A stretch of DNA of 64,000 nt from Trichodelitschia bisporula. Its lineage: Eukaryota. Numbering within the stretch: position 1 is the first letter of the stretch; each line of letters begins with the position of its first letter. Below the pieces are notes generated by a model, which worked only from the letters and a program-made list of their open reading frames with translations, searched no databases and had not been told where the DNA came from. This document shows, piece after piece, positions 36,569 to 48,225 of this stretch. Where the stretch lies: assembly GCA_010356995.1 (NCBI GenBank), contig ML996687.1, forward strand, positions 1,799,803-1,863,802, written 5' to 3'. The position numbers and the translations under genes were made by a program.

Positions 36569-37260
36569 GCGGGAGAAAGGTGTTCGTTTCCGGTGGGAGG
36601 CGTGGTTACTTTTAATTGTAAGTGTTGCTGTCACTATGCTTCGTCGGGTGTTTTCACGGCGTGCTTCTGCTGGTTTACAAGGCGTGTGTGGCTTGTTTTC
36701 TTGTGCTTTTTTGCAGGCACGCGCCCGCGGGTTGCGCGGATGGGGATCCTGCGGGATTCGACCTGCTATGCGAGGGGGGGAATGGGGAATCTTGTATTTG
36801 CGCATCTTATCCCGATTTTCCGTGTCTCGACGCACTTGAATTTTGCGAATGTCCTTTGCTCTCTGACTTCTTGTGGGTGGGGGTTGATTCAAAGGTGTGC
36901 AATTGTATTATATCCACAAGTTCCGTTCGAAATGTCCATCTGAACCGTCCTTTGCGATCTCCTCGCGGGTTGTTCTTGTGCATTTGCCTATTCTGCTCTG
37001 TTCTGCGAGGTGACGTACATTCCAGCCTTGCCACTTCCATCGTCGGGCCTGGCCACGCAAACAAAGCCGTCCCTTGCGCCCATTCCACGGCCTACCTGGC
37101 CCCGGAAGTAGCCATTGCCCATTCCCATTCCCCATTCTGTCGCCCCGGCCTACGCTTGCAGCGCAGAATGCGTAGCGGGGGGGGACCATAAAGACCCAGC
37201 CTTGTCCCCGGTGTCTCGGGTCTCGGGGCCAGCGTAGAGGCTTTGTTCACCGACCTTCAT

Positions 37261-38263
37261 ATGCCCGTCATGCGCGTCTCCGGTCCCTCCTCCGCCCGCA
37301 CTAGCAACTCCCAGCCTTGCTACAACACCGCCAGCACGCTCGACAGCATGATGCACCACGCCCCTCCCCCCCCGAATTCTCCTTGGGCAACGCGCCTCTT
37401 CCCCCCCCTCCTGCACCTCCGGCGCGTGCCCACGCCCATTCCGAAATGGATCCTCGCGCTGCGGCTCTTCGAACTCCTCATCTCATCCGCCGTGCTGGCA
37501 ATGTGCATCGTCACGCTGCTCTTCGACCGCAGCGCCAAACTCACGCCGCCCCTGGTAGCACTGCTCATTACCTCTGCGCTGAGCACGGTGGTTATACTCC
37601 CGTATGCGCTGTGTGTGCGGTGGGCGGATGCGCGGCTTGTGCTGTGTGGGGATGGGATTGCGTGTCTTCTTTGGGGGACGGGGTTTGCGGCGTTGGGTGC
37701 GGTGCAGAGGAGTGATGTTTGGGTGTTTTTTGGGTGCGTTGGTTTAGGTTCTCCTGGTTGCCTTGGAGGGGATGCTGATGGGGGTGCAGGCAGTTGAAGA
37801 AACCAGTCCCCGGCGTCGTGTTCCCGGACCAGTTGCACCACGTGGTCCTCGCGTGGCAGACGGGGTTGGCGGGGGCGTATTTGGGCGCGTTTGAATTGTG
37901 CGTTCCCTTCCCCCCCTCCTTCCATCCAACCCAAGCTAACCCCTCCGCAGCGGCCTCTTCCTCCTTACAACACTGTGCTCAGCATATTACTACCACAAAG
38001 CGCTTGTGCGCGATGCGGTCCGCCCCGGACCTATGGTTTGGCCGAATGCGGTGCGCGGTGGGCAATGGGCGCCGCGGGTGGCGAGTGGGGTGCTGGATAG
38101 TCCTGTGAGTGGATTGTGGGAGGGGGAGGGGGAGAAGTTGGTTGTTCGACATGCGGAGCCTGGCCAACAGGTGCCGCCGGGGACGGCGAGGAGTGAGGGG
38201 GGGGGTTGGGGGTATGCACCTGGACGGGTTCAGGGTGTATATCAAAGGGGAGGGGGTTGGTGA
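37261..38263 (+). CDS. MARVEL-like four-transmembrane protein
   Basis: IPKWILALRLFELLISSAVLAM...DGIACLLWGTGFAAL...AGAYLGAFEFGLFLLTT. Introns 37734-37789 and 37898-37950 (both GTGCGT donors) keep the frame to the stop at 38263. Start codon uncertain. Confidence 0.7.
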
Positions 38264-38700
38264 TGCTTCGATTTCTTCTTTCTTTGGGGGTTGCGGGATG
38301 GTGTTTGCAGATGGTGTTTACTTTGGCTATGTTCTCTGGGGGTTAGCTTGGGATTAAAGGGTTGGGTTTACTTGAGGGGAAGGGATGGGATGGGATGTTG
38401 TATCTTGGTTGCGTTTTGAGATATCGAATTTGAGCCGCGTGTCCGTGGTATGTTCCCAAGTCTGTCTCAGTGTGACAATGTGGGCCAGCATGTAAAATGT
38501 GTACACGTTCGGTTCGAAGCGTTGATCGTATATCAGGTGGTAAAACGAGCTATACAGTTCTCTTAGCCTTATCTCCCAACTCCCACCAACAAACAACAAA
38601 ACCCCATCCCCAAAACACGCAACAAAAAAAGGTATCCACAACGCTACAAGAGGCTTACAACATTCAAAACAGCAAAAAGTTCACCTCCCGGAAGGCTATG

Positions 38701-38815
38701 AAAAACCCCCCAACGTGGGGCTTTTGCGATTCGAACCCGCGACTTCCCGGGCATAAACCGAGTGGCTTCCCAGCTCGGCCATGCGACCTCGGGGTTCTCT
38801 CTACCAAAATTGATG
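38701..38815 (-). ncRNA. Candidate Pol III ncRNA or tRNA-derived element
   Basis: TATATA at 38845-38840, A-box-like TGGCCGAGCTGG (38781-38770), B box GGTTCGAATC (38737-38728), TTTTT at 38705-38701. Acceptor and T stems do not pair as in a tRNA. Confidence 0.5.
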
Positions 38816-39955
38816 GATAGAAAGTGCGGGCGCGCGCAATATATAGGGACATTGGGATTCATTCGGTGCTTCGCAGGTCACAGCCGGGCAGTTGTATGCT
38901 CGTCAAAGGAAGGCCATCCGCGAGTCCGATCATACCCGCTTGTGCAAGAGCGCTGTCGGAAAGGTGATGCCCCACTACGATTAGCGGATCGGACGTGCTA
39001 GGCCTGACATCAGTCAAGATCAGACGCCCCCAGCGACCGGATGACATACGATGCTCCGTGCGGCAAGGACTTCGAGCTGAGCTGTCTCGGCTTCGTTTCA
39101 ACTGGTTCAACTGTACCCTCACTACGACTGCAAGTTGTTTGGCGCATGTCTGCATTGGGGGAAAGGGGATGCTAGCAGTATTCCACAGTTTGAGGGGAGC
39201 GTCGGTGATGGTACGGGCGGAGCATGCTGCCTATAAGCGTGCAAGTACCGAGCGTGCCTCTGAATGTATCCGAGGTGGTGAGTCCTGGTAGATTACTAAC
39301 TGTATCCGAGCAGGAGCGCGTATCCCTAAGCCTGTAGTCGTCCTGCGGAAAATCTTCCGCGACAGTGCCATCATCAAGCTTGATTCAAGGAAGACGGTGG
39401 GCTGTTGAGCGGTGCAGTTCGAAGGTTGGCCGCCGGTGGTACTCAGCAGGGCGTGAGACTATTCGCTTTGTAGGTGGCATCATCCGGGAAGTAGACATAC
39501 CTGCCCTTTCAAACTCGTATCCAAAGAGGATCGCACACACAAGAATTCGACCTAGTCAGGCCCTTAGTGGAGGTCCGCCCAAGGAAGTCAACAAAACTAG
39601 GTCCAATTCTTATATGCGCGATCGTCTTTAGATAGGAGTTTGAAAGGGCTGGTATGCCCTCTTTCTGGATGACGGAACCAATGAAGAACTGAAAGTCTCA
39701 CGCCGTCGAGTGCCAGTGCTGCAAATCTTCGATAACGAAATCTAGTGAGGTTGATGGGACGTGAGGAGAGGATGGGAGGAGATGTCGTTGGGATGTCGCT
39801 GACAAACGATCGATGGGATTTGTCCGATATTAACGAAGAGTCGATCTCTTGGCGCCGGCATGTGGATTTCACGTGTTTTCCGCGTGTTCTATTGGCTCCC
39901 CGTCTGCCTACGCCATCGGTGGGGATCCGCAACACGCCTGTAGGCATGCGCAGTA

Positions 39956-40141
39956 ACGCTTGAGAAGGGACGCTCCTAGAGACGCTTAAGAAGGGACGCT
40001 TACAGCCATACTCGCAGAGACGCCTGAGAGAGACGCTCTAGGAGGAACACTTACAGAGACACTCCGGGAGGAACGCTTATAGAGACGCTCCGGGAGGACG
40101 CTCGCAGGGACGCTCAGGAGGACGCTCGCAGGAACGCATAG
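39956..40141. repeat. Degenerate minisatellite, about 15 units of 12-14 nt with core ACGCT(C/T)
   Basis: Units such as acgctccgggagg, acgctcgcaggg, acgcttatagag and acactccgggagga. Confidence 0.8.
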
Positions 40142-41222
40142 ATCAAGTTGAACGTGGCATAACCTTATGCGATCACATGATTAAATGAAGCGCCCGCGAA
40201 GCGGACGCCTCACCCTAGTGTCCGATAACGTACCCGCAGATGCCAAGACGCTAACTTGCTACCTGAACCGCTTGAGACACGTGGTTTTCAGCCTTACGAG
40301 TTGTTGAAAGCTCATAGAGCAGTTTGCATCACATCTGGGACGTAAAGTCGATTCAAGTGCTATTGTATTTTTATACTCTCCTTTCGCATTACGAGCTACG
40401 GATGTACATCTTCAAGAAAGACAGCGAACAGCCGCTCGCCGTCGCCTGCCGCCGGGAATCTATGGAAGATATCAGTTCGACCAGTGCCGCCAGCCCATCG
40501 TCCGCCAGCCCATCGTTCGCTAGCCCTTTCCCATGAAAGCTGGAGCCGAGAGGGCTTACAAAACGAGTCAGCAAGCTGGGCAGGCAGGATTATTCCTGTC
40601 CCGGGCGAGTGCCTCAGATACTTACGGTAGGCAGCGACGAAGGTGGCGAAGTACACACCAGCCCTTCTACCGCTTCAGGCCGGCACGCGACTGCCCAAGC
40701 TCAAATCGTGACTCATACAAGAGGTGACGACTCCACCGCCGCTGGGAGCAAAGCCGAGTTGGATGAAGATGATCGAATCGTGATGCAAGGATTATGGAGC
40801 CCCCGTTAGGCTCTGCGGAGGGTGGAAACTACTAAATGCAGTGGAAGAGTGCTTAGCAAGACTGCAGACGGCACTTGAGCTGGCAGTAGACGCATTTGCT
40901 CGAAACGGACGACGTCACGATATCGGACGGTCAGCTCGAGACAATATTGGCAGTGTCGACTGGGCTCCAGTGAAGCCGGAGGTTCGAGACTAGCTAAGCA
41001 CCGACACTCGAAGGAACTTAAAGAGACTGAGACTGGAAGCCTTTGATTGCTGCATGTGGAGCAAATCGATTGGCATGTTGATATTGACAAAATTCATACG
41101 TGTCCTGAGCCGGCCGCTTCGCAAAAAAGAAAAAGGAACAACTTAGCCGCTGATTTCATTTCCCATTGCCAGCAAAAATGTGCCTCCGACGCCCCCGACT
41201 GAAGTAAGGGGATGAAGGAGCA

Positions 41223-41294
41223 AGCCCGCGGCGAGGAGTGAACTCGCGACCTTGGGGTTAAAAGCCCCACGCTCTGCCACTAAGCTACACAGGC
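41223..41294 (-). tRNA. tRNA-Lys (TTT), intronless
   Basis: GCCTGTGTAGCTTAGTGGCAGAGCGTGGGGCTTTTAACCCCAAGGTCGCGAGTTCACTCCTCGCCGCGGGCT. All four stems pair; the T-loop is atypical (TTCACTC). Confidence 0.85.
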
Positions 41295-42039
41295 AGTGAA
41301 TGGAGGTAGTGCGTGAAGTTGAAATGATACAGGGTCTCGGACGCCCAGAGGTAAGAAGGACCGTAGGTTAAGTGGGATGCAGCGCTGGGCCATGAGCGCC
41401 GTGAATCGGATTCCTTGAGATCATTCCGCGTAAAAGGTTGTTCTTGTTGTGTGCTGTGGCTGGAGCAGATAAGATGCGAGACCGTCGCTTGTGATGCGTG
41501 GTGCGTGGTGGTTAGGAATCGGTACACTACGGTTGAGTCAACGTCCCCAACCGAAGTCGCAACCCATTTACGGAGCGGAAATACTATACTCCGCTCGTGT
41601 TTCCGAATGCGAGGCGGGCAAAGACGACAATCTAATCTACTGTAGATGATATTGATGAATCACTTACCGGTATATCTGCTTCTATATGCAAGCTCTTTGC
41701 GCAAGATGCTAAGCCATGTGCGAAGCCGACTCGCCGTCATGCTAGTCCTTCTGTGCCAGGGTGGTTCGCCCTTTCCGAAGTCTGTATGGGCATCTGGGTC
41801 GCCTTTCCTCGACAGCCGAAGCATTTGAATGGCCCCTGCCTATCCTTTAAAGAGAATGTGGGAATCTGCGAGATTATAAACATGGCCAGTCAGAGCCGGT
41901 AAAGTCTAGTTTCTGCTTCAGGTTTACGATTGATAGCCCCACTATTAGTACGTGCATCATTACGACCTCACGTCTATCCCGCTGTCGCCCAGAGCTCCAC
42001 ACCCGTAGTCCACCAGCGTCTGTCGGTTACGATTCAACC

Positions 42040-43683
42040 ATGGCGACAAACGCTCCCACGAGCTTCCTGAAGCTCGCCGCTTTGTCTCTGGCTACGCTCG
42101 TCGCTGCCCAGTCTCCCACCGTGACCCTCGACTCGGGCGTTTACCGCGGCCTGGCGACGAGTCTTCCCGGCTCTTCCGTAACGGTGCACAAGTATCTTGG
42201 GATTCCTTTCGCAGAGCCGCCAGAGCGCTTCGGCCTTCCCCAGCCACTACCGCCCTCCACCGCCGTTAAGTCAGCGGAGAAGGGCGCGCCAGCATGCCCT
42301 GAGAACACCTCAGGGAGCATGGGCGCCTTCGGCAACGGTGCGGCAACGGAGAGCGAGGACTGCCTCTACCTCAACGTGTTCACACCGGCTGCGGCACTGA
42401 ATGCCACTGAGAAGAAGACGGTCATGGTGTGGTTCTTCGGCGGCGGACTGCAGTTCGGCTCGGCGTCTATGCCTGGCTACGACGGCACCTCGTTCGCGAC
42501 AAACCAGGACGTGGTGCTCGTGGCGACGAACTACCGCACCAACATCTTCGGCTTCCCCGGCGAACTCCCCTTCCCAGGTCTTCAAGCCCGCACCAGCAAT
42601 CTCGGCTTCCTTGATCAACGTGCCGCTCTCCAATGGGTGCAAGACAACATCGCCAAGTTCGGCGGCGATCCCAGCAAGGTGACCATCTTCGGCGAAAGCG
42701 CTGGCGCCCGCTCCGTCGATTTTCACCTGCTCACCACGCAAGACCCGCCCTTCCGCGCCGTCATCATGCAGTCCGGCTCCGCGCACCTGTACCCCGGCAC
42801 CATCGGGGCTGCACCCAAGAAGGCCAACACCACCGCCTTCCTCGCCGTGGCGGAGGCCGTTGGCTGCCCGAACGAGGGCAGCGAGGCGCTCCTACACTGC
42901 ATGCGCGCCGTGCCGCTGGCCACGCTCAAGGCCGCCGTCCTAAAGAGCCCGATCCAGTTCGGCGCTGAGGACGACCAGGGCTTCACCACGCTGCGGGACT
43001 CGGAAGCGGCTCGGCTTGAACATCGGGTTGCGAATGTGAGCTTGATGATTGGGACGAATGCCGACGAGCAGAAAGCTACGATTGTTAGGGACCGTGGCCT
43101 CAGGCTGGCGGCGTTTTTGAAGAAGCAGGTGGAGGATGATACACTGCGGGCGAAGGTCGCAGGCGCGTACAAGGTTGGGGCGGAGTATAAGACGGAGTTT
43201 GATACCATGGCGGCGGTGGCTACGGATATGGCGTTTACGTGCGTGACGTCGCGGGAGTCGCGGATCAGTGCACAGGCAGGCTACCGTGGGTGCCCTCCTC
43301 CCTGAAACCCTGCCAAATTACTAACCTCACTAGCAACCTGGCGCTTCCTCTTCAACGCCTCATTCCCCAATAGCGAAGCCTTCAATGGGTCCGGCGCATA
43401 CCACTCCTCGGAGATCCAATACGTGTTCGGCAATCTGAGGACACCGAAGGGTCCGTCCAAGCCGGAGGAAATCTCGCTGAGCAAGGCGATGCAGACGGCG
43501 TGGGCGACTTTTGCGAAGAATCCGCTTGCGGGGCCCGGATGGGCTCGTGTTGGCTCTGGCAATGGAAGTCAGGAGCTGGGTGAGTTCAATTATGATGGGA
43601 AGTTGCATGCGAAGAGTCCTGCGTTTTTGGACCGCCATTGTGTACTGTTTGAGGAGATTGTTATTGAGGCTGCGAGGGGGTAG
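42040..43683 (+). CDS. Secreted type-B carboxylesterase/lipase (alpha/beta hydrolase)
   Basis: Signal peptide; SEDCLYLNVF, WFFGGG, FGGDPSKVTIFGESAG (catalytic Ser), GTNADE and GAYHSSEI (catalytic His). Intron 43286-43333. Confidence 0.95.
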
Positions 43684-44258
43684 TGGTCTGCGGTATTCTT
43701 CATGGGCCACTGGGCTCTGAACGTCTTCGGCTTCACAAGCGATGACAGTTCTAATTCATTGACCTTTTCCGCATCGCGCATCCTCGTCTATGCCAGATCG
43801 GCCTCTTCGAAAACATGACCTGAATACGTCACAGCTGGATTCCACAAGTCCAGATAGGTGCACTTCCATGAAGTTGACCACGAGATGAGGAAAGTTCTAA
43901 CCCAAATGCTGGTTCTAGCACGATCCATTCGGTTGCTGACAGACATTCCATTCCACATTGACCTCTTATGGATGTACACAGACCCAACGTACACATCTGT
44001 ACACTCCGGAAATACCACCCGTTGCCACTCCAGCCACAAAACTAAATATCAGAACTCCCTAGCTATCCACCCGGAATCACGCCCGGCCTTCCGTGCGGTA
44101 CCACCTGTAACATGTATCATCCAGCCCACCATCAGCAAACGCTCCGAAACAGATTTATAAGGCCGCATCTCTCCCCTCTAGCCTTTTTTCTCACATCTCA
44201 CTTTGCCAGACCCAGAACAATCCCTTCCCGTAGCCCTTCGGGTCTGATCCTCGCAACC

Positions 44259-44994
44259 ATGGCCCCTAAACCCTTCATGCACGACCCAACCTCCACCCTC
44301 CGCCTCCTCACGGCAATAATAGAGCTCACGATTCCCAACCCCGGCAGCGTACCGTGGGACGAGGTCGCGAGCAGGATGGGGCCGGAGTTTAGCGTCACGG
44401 CTGTCAGGCACGTCTCCCTTTCCCCAGCCCCGTCAACACCTCAGCCATTCGCTCGCCCCTCCCATATTTACGAAACTAGCTAAGTTGCATAGAAACCACT
44501 GGGGCCACACCCGCCGCAACCACGGCATCCGGCGTCCCGCCACCGCTGCTGCTACCGCTGGTACCGGTTCCGAGCCCAGCACACCGCGCAAGCGGCACCG
44601 GGGACAGAGATTTCCGCCGGTGTTTGCGAGACCGGGGAAGGCGGGGCAGTTTGAGGAGGAGGATACGAGTGATGAGGAGGAGGTTGAGGTTAAGAAGGAG
44701 AAGGGGACTGGGGGGAAGAGGGGGGCTGAAAGGGAGGAGAGGGCGAGGAATAGGGAGGAGAGGGAGAGGAGCGAGGGGGAGAGGAGTGTTGAGGCGGAGG
44801 TCAAGCTTGAGAAGGGTATGAGTGGGATGGAGTTGGTGCCATTTTTGGGAACGAAGGAGGTTATTGTTATTCCGGATGAGGAGTTGGAGGAAGGGAGGTG
44901 GTTGAAGAGAAGAAAGAAGTCGATCAAGTCGGATGGGTTTATTAAGAGGGAGCCCGGCGTGCCCGGGTGGGGGCATGAGGGGGAGGAGGCCTGA
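44259..44994 (+). CDS. Myb/SANT-like DNA-binding domain protein with a charged low-complexity tail
   Basis: LLTAIIELTIPNPGSVPWDEVASRMGPEFSVTAVR|NHWGHTRR, joined by a GC-AG intron 44408-44492. Tail carries TPRKR, VKKE and IKRE motifs. Confidence 0.62.
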
Positions 44995-46113
44995 AGTGGA
45001 GATGGGGATGCATTTTGGATATGGAGGACATTGAATCTAGAATATCCACCCTACGGAGTTTGGTGAGAATGTTGGCGCACTCTTGTGGCCTTTGGCTCGA
45101 AATTTCTTGGTCGGTCTAGAAGTGACTCCGGATGAGGTGCGGTTGCACGGGTGGCGATTATCACGACATTCCAGCCACAGTGGCGCCAGATGCGGCGGTG
45201 CACAGTCGCGACATTCTTCCCATCGAATTGATCATCAATCTTACCATCACTTGTAGCAAACAGACAGTACTCGCATCAGTCCCCGCCCTCTTACGATTAC
45301 AGTATTTTCGCCCGTCCCGCCGATCACCAAAAGCCCTCCTGTGAGGCATCACATTCTGACAACCCCCAAGCTTTTTCGCTCCCGTCCACGCGTTCGCTGT
45401 GATACAACCCGTGCATATGCGCTACGTAACGCAAGGCGATGCACGGATTCGATCCCATTCCATGGAGATAACACCAAGATCCGAGAGCGCTGGTGCCGTG
45501 CGCCACGAGGTTGAAGTACACATCCGCTAGCGGCGGTTGATCGACGCACCCCACATCCACGATGCTCCCATCGCATCTCGCCAAACTCTATCCCTCACGC
45601 CCCTTGCCTATCTCCACCCTTTAGACCACTCACTTCCGTTCATTCCCTATCTACCCGCCCAACAAAGCCCCCCAGAACCTATCGCCCCCCATCCGCTCTC
45701 GTTCACACTTACTCCTCGTTCCCCGCCCAAAAACTCGTTCCGTGCGACAACCCCCACTCCGTGCGAACCTCCCTTCCCCGGAATGCCACGCTGGCCCGGG
45801 GGCGCAGCCTCAAGGCCGCGACCCACTGGCCACCCGCTCCCTATGGCAGGACAGTAATATACCCCCCCCCCCGGGCGGGCCCAATCTGCTCTCCGCAAGC
45901 CGCACTATCAACCGCACCGCGCGGCCGGCATCACGAATGGTAAACCCTTAGACGGGGCCTCGCGGGGCATATCAGCCCCGGGGGAGATGAAGGCCACGCG
46001 CGGGAAGGGGATCGGGTGCGCCCCAGAGCCCGCAAGAGCATATAACAGGGCGTTGGCACGCCGCTTTGACGATGGATATCGGCTAGTCGACGACTACTTT
46101 CACTCCTTTCGCC

Positions 46114-47294
46114 ATGAAGTTCATCCTCGCTACCCTGCCCGTGCTCGTTGCGGCGCATAGCGCCGTGTGGAAGGTCACGTTTGACGGGACGACGTGAGTC
46201 GCGGCCCTGACATCTCTGCTTGAAAGCGCAAGACTGACGAAACAGCTATCCCGCCCGTGATGCCCGCATGGACCCCGAGCTCGGCGCGAAGCGTGCGGAG
46301 TGGCACTTCAAGAACGTGCAGAACTTCCCCTGGATGGCGGTGCGGGACGTCGAGGACGCGTCCATTACCTGCGGGCTGGATGCGACTCCGCCGGATCTGA
46401 GTGCGAAGGCGCGGGCGGGGGCGAATGTGACGGTGCAGTGGAGTGGGATTATCCGCATGCACTTGGGGCCAGTCCTGACGGTGCGTACTCACTTCAAATA
46501 GGCGTTCCAGTACTAACGGGTGCAGTATCTCGGCCGTCTCCCTACCCCGGACACCAAGCCGCTGGACATCAGCTTCTTCAAGATCAACGAAGCGGGCTTC
46601 GACAAGGCGCGCCGCAAGTGGGCGAATGAGGACTTGATTGAGCATGGCACGGCCGACACCTTCCAGCTGCCGAGCGACATCAAGCCCGGCACGTACGTGC
46701 TGCGCACGGAGCTGCTGGCCCTGCACGGCAACCGCATGAACTACCTGCCGCAGGACGGGTACTCGGGCCCGCAGTTTTACACGCACTGCTTCAACGTCGA
46801 GATCCTGGGCAACGGGAACGTCGAGCCCGCAGGCGTTAAGTTCCCCGGCGGGTATAAGCGGGACGAGCCTGGTGTCAAGTTCAATCTGTATAAGAGCGAG
46901 AAGGACTGGGATGGCTATGTAGGTTTTTCCCCTCTGTTCCGGTGTTTTTCTGAAACGAGGCTGACAAAGGCAGATCATTCCGGGCCCGCCCAAGTACGCG
47001 GGCAAGTACGAGGCGCCTACCGGCGAGCCTCCGAAGGTCGAACCCAAGGATACCGGGCTCTTCCCTCCTGCTTTCCAGGCCAAGTACGAGGCGTACAAGG
47101 CGAAGGAGGATGAGTACGCAATCGCCAGCTCGAACATGGTCAATGGGGTTGATCCGACCGGCAAGGAGATGGCCAAGGGTTCGGCAAGCATTGCAACGTA
47201 TTTCCAGGGGCGGACCAAGGTCCAGGCGGCGCTGAAGGAGGAGTATAAGAACCTGCTTGCTGAGGCGAAGGCGCTGGGGATTGCCCCTAAGTAG
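46114..47294 (+). CDS. AA9 lytic polysaccharide monooxygenase with a C-terminal extension
   Basis: Signal MKFILATLPVLVAA followed by His1 (HSAV); ITCG; HLGPVLTY; FFKI; PSDIKPGTYVLRTELLALH...PQFYTHC; FPGGY; IPGP. Introns 46194-46245, 46481-46525 and 46919-46973. Confidence 0.92.
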
Positions 47295-47600
47295 ACCCTT
47301 CAAGTATGCTGTGGTTTGAGGGGAGAGGCTAAGGATGCTGATGGGATGAGGGTCCGGTCCGTTTCGAGAGATATGTAGAGTCTAGCCCTCCCGTTATGCT
47401 ATGGTGGTTTGGAGATTCTGTGTGTTTTCGTTCGGCCTGAGTTATCTCCCCAACCAAGTTCGCATGAAATTCATGCTATCGTATGCCAAATGAGCCAAAT
47501 GTCTCCTTGGTTCAAGTGGGAAAGGACGGGGAGGAATTCACACCAGCCCTAGAACTAACTAGCACAGGATACTTGGCATCGTGTACTTGAGTTTCGAGAG

Positions 47601-47770
47601 TCTCTTCCTCTCTTCCTCTCTTCCTCTCTTCCTCTCTTNNNNNNNNNNNNNNNNNNNNNNNNNNNNNNNNNNNNNNNNNNNNNNNNNNNNNNNNNNNNNN
47701 NNNNNNNNNNNNNNNNNNNNNNNNNNNNNNNNNTCTCTTCCTCTCTTCCTCTCTTCCTCTCTTCCTCTCT
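47601..47770. repeat. (TCTCTTCC)n octamer microsatellite spanning an assembly gap (N 47639-47733)
   Basis: The repeat is visible on both sides of the N run. Confidence 0.92.
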
Positions 47771-48225
47771 TTGTCTTCCACTTCAATCCCCAGTTAACAA
47801 AGTTGCCGTTGCCTGTGTTAGAGCTTTGCTACCATCAACTCGCACTTCAAGAGACGTCGCATATTCCAGACATATATTCCACTACACAGTAGCTCTCATG
47901 CATCCAAACCCCCCCAACCTAACCAATGTTCCCTCCCATCCAAACCGCTAATATATACCCAATGCAAAAGAGGGGGTCAAGGATACCCGATAGAAGACCG
48001 CAGAGCGTGCGTCCGCCAAAGCATCGCAAACGAAAACAAGAAACCACACTTCGTCGTCGTCAGGCTCATCATCCCCCAACATCGGCTATCTTATACACAT
48101 CGCCCCAACCGGTGAGAAGAAAAAGAGACTGAGGAAAGGAAACTGACATCGCCGCGGTCTGCACGACGATCAAGGATCGTTCCGTAGGGGTATATCCGCC
48201 ATCATCAACTCCACCAGCCAACATC

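Noticed and set aside
36233..36892. Poly-Pro / poly-Gly ORFs
   Set aside because: They are artefacts of translating the poly-G tract.
39956..40141. CRISPR-like array
   Set aside because: Units are 12-14 nt, degenerate and have no unique spacers; the context is eukaryotic with no cas genes.
40324..40809. Two in-frame ORFs separated by one TGA (readthrough or pseudogene?)
   Set aside because: No recognisable domain or codon bias, so there is not enough evidence.
42040..47294. Esterase + Myb-like + LPMO as a biosynthetic or degradation cluster
   Set aside because: No backbone enzyme or transporter is present, and adjacency alone is weak evidence.
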